This document shows, one piece after another, positions 46,766 to 47,292 of a DNA stretch of 47,292 bases. The position numbers were made by a program, and so were the translations under genes. Numbering within the stretch: the stretch's first letter is position 1; each line of letters starts with the position of its first letter. The notes beneath the pieces are model-generated. The model saw only the letters and a program-made list of their open reading frames with translations, had not been told where the DNA came from and did no database searches. The DNA is from Emiliania huxleyi CCMP1516. Lineage: Eukaryota. The stretch lies in assembly GCF_000372725.1 (NCBI RefSeq), contig NW_005201392.1, positions 1,245,184 to 1,292,475 on the forward strand. Direction: 5' to 3'.

Positions 46766-46921
46766 TGTAGAAGGGAGCGGCGCCCAGCCGCCGCCTCGCT
46801 CGCCTGCCCTCCCAGGCGCCGGGCCGTGACATTTCCGAGACATTTCCGAGACATTTCCTCTCCCTGCCCTCCCAGGCGCCGTGCGCCCGCTTCGGCCACA
46901 CCAGCGTCGAGGTGACGCCGA

Positions 46922-47292
46922 CCACCCTCCCCTACCCCACAGTACCCAACTCCACCCTCCCCTACCCCACGGTACCCGAACCCACCCTCCCCTACCCCAC
47001 GGTACCCGAACCCACCCTCCCCTCCCCCACGGTACCCGAACCCACCCTCCCCTCCCCCACGGTACCCGAACCCACCCTCCCCTACCCCACGGTACCCTAA
47101 CCCACCCTCCCCTACCCCACGGTACCCGAACCCACCCTCCCCTACCCCACGGTACCCGAACCCACCCTCCCCTCCCCCACGGTACTCGAACCCACCCTCC
47201 CCTACCCCACGGTACCCGAACCCACCGTCCCCTACCCCACGGTACCCGAACCCAACCTCCCCTACCCCACGGTACCCGAACCCAACCTCCCC
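46922..47292. repeat. 30-bp minisatellite (cccaccctcccctaccccacggtacccgaa)n, running off the window
   Basis: About 12 units visible. Confidence 0.95.

Noticed and set aside
46096..46911. Spliced plus-strand gene
   Set aside because: Intron-like signals exist, but no recognisable protein or confident exon chain could be built.
46912..47100. PTLPYPTVPE repeat protein
   Set aside because: It is a translation of the minisatellite, with a stop in one unit and no ATG.

Overview
GC-rich eukaryotic genomic window with ~100-N scaffold gaps. GC-AG introns, microsatellite-filled introns and the gene content suggest a haptophyte such as Emiliania/Gephyrocapsa huxleyi (inference). Supported genes: ATG18/WIPI (runs off the left edge); a chalcone-isomerase-fold protein; a membrane-anchored sPLA2-like protein (duplicated across a gap); two renalase-like flavoproteins, one fused to an alpha/beta hydrolase; an F-box-like/Cys-rich protein; a DNAJC22/Wurst-like TM2+J protein; a PsuG/PfkB pseudouridine kinase fragment; and an AT-hook + 2OG-Fe(II) oxygenase ORF. 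From ~21.6 kb on, the window is mostly nested mobile DNA: a deleted Copia element with TG..TA LTRs, 5'-truncated non-LTR insertions with TSDs, TIR MITEs with 8-bp TSDs, a Plavaka-like transposase fragment and several large palindromes. The most striking pattern is that many introns are bounded by 9-30 nt direct copies of the exon junction with microsatellite filler, which suggests a duplication-driven mechanism of intron gain.
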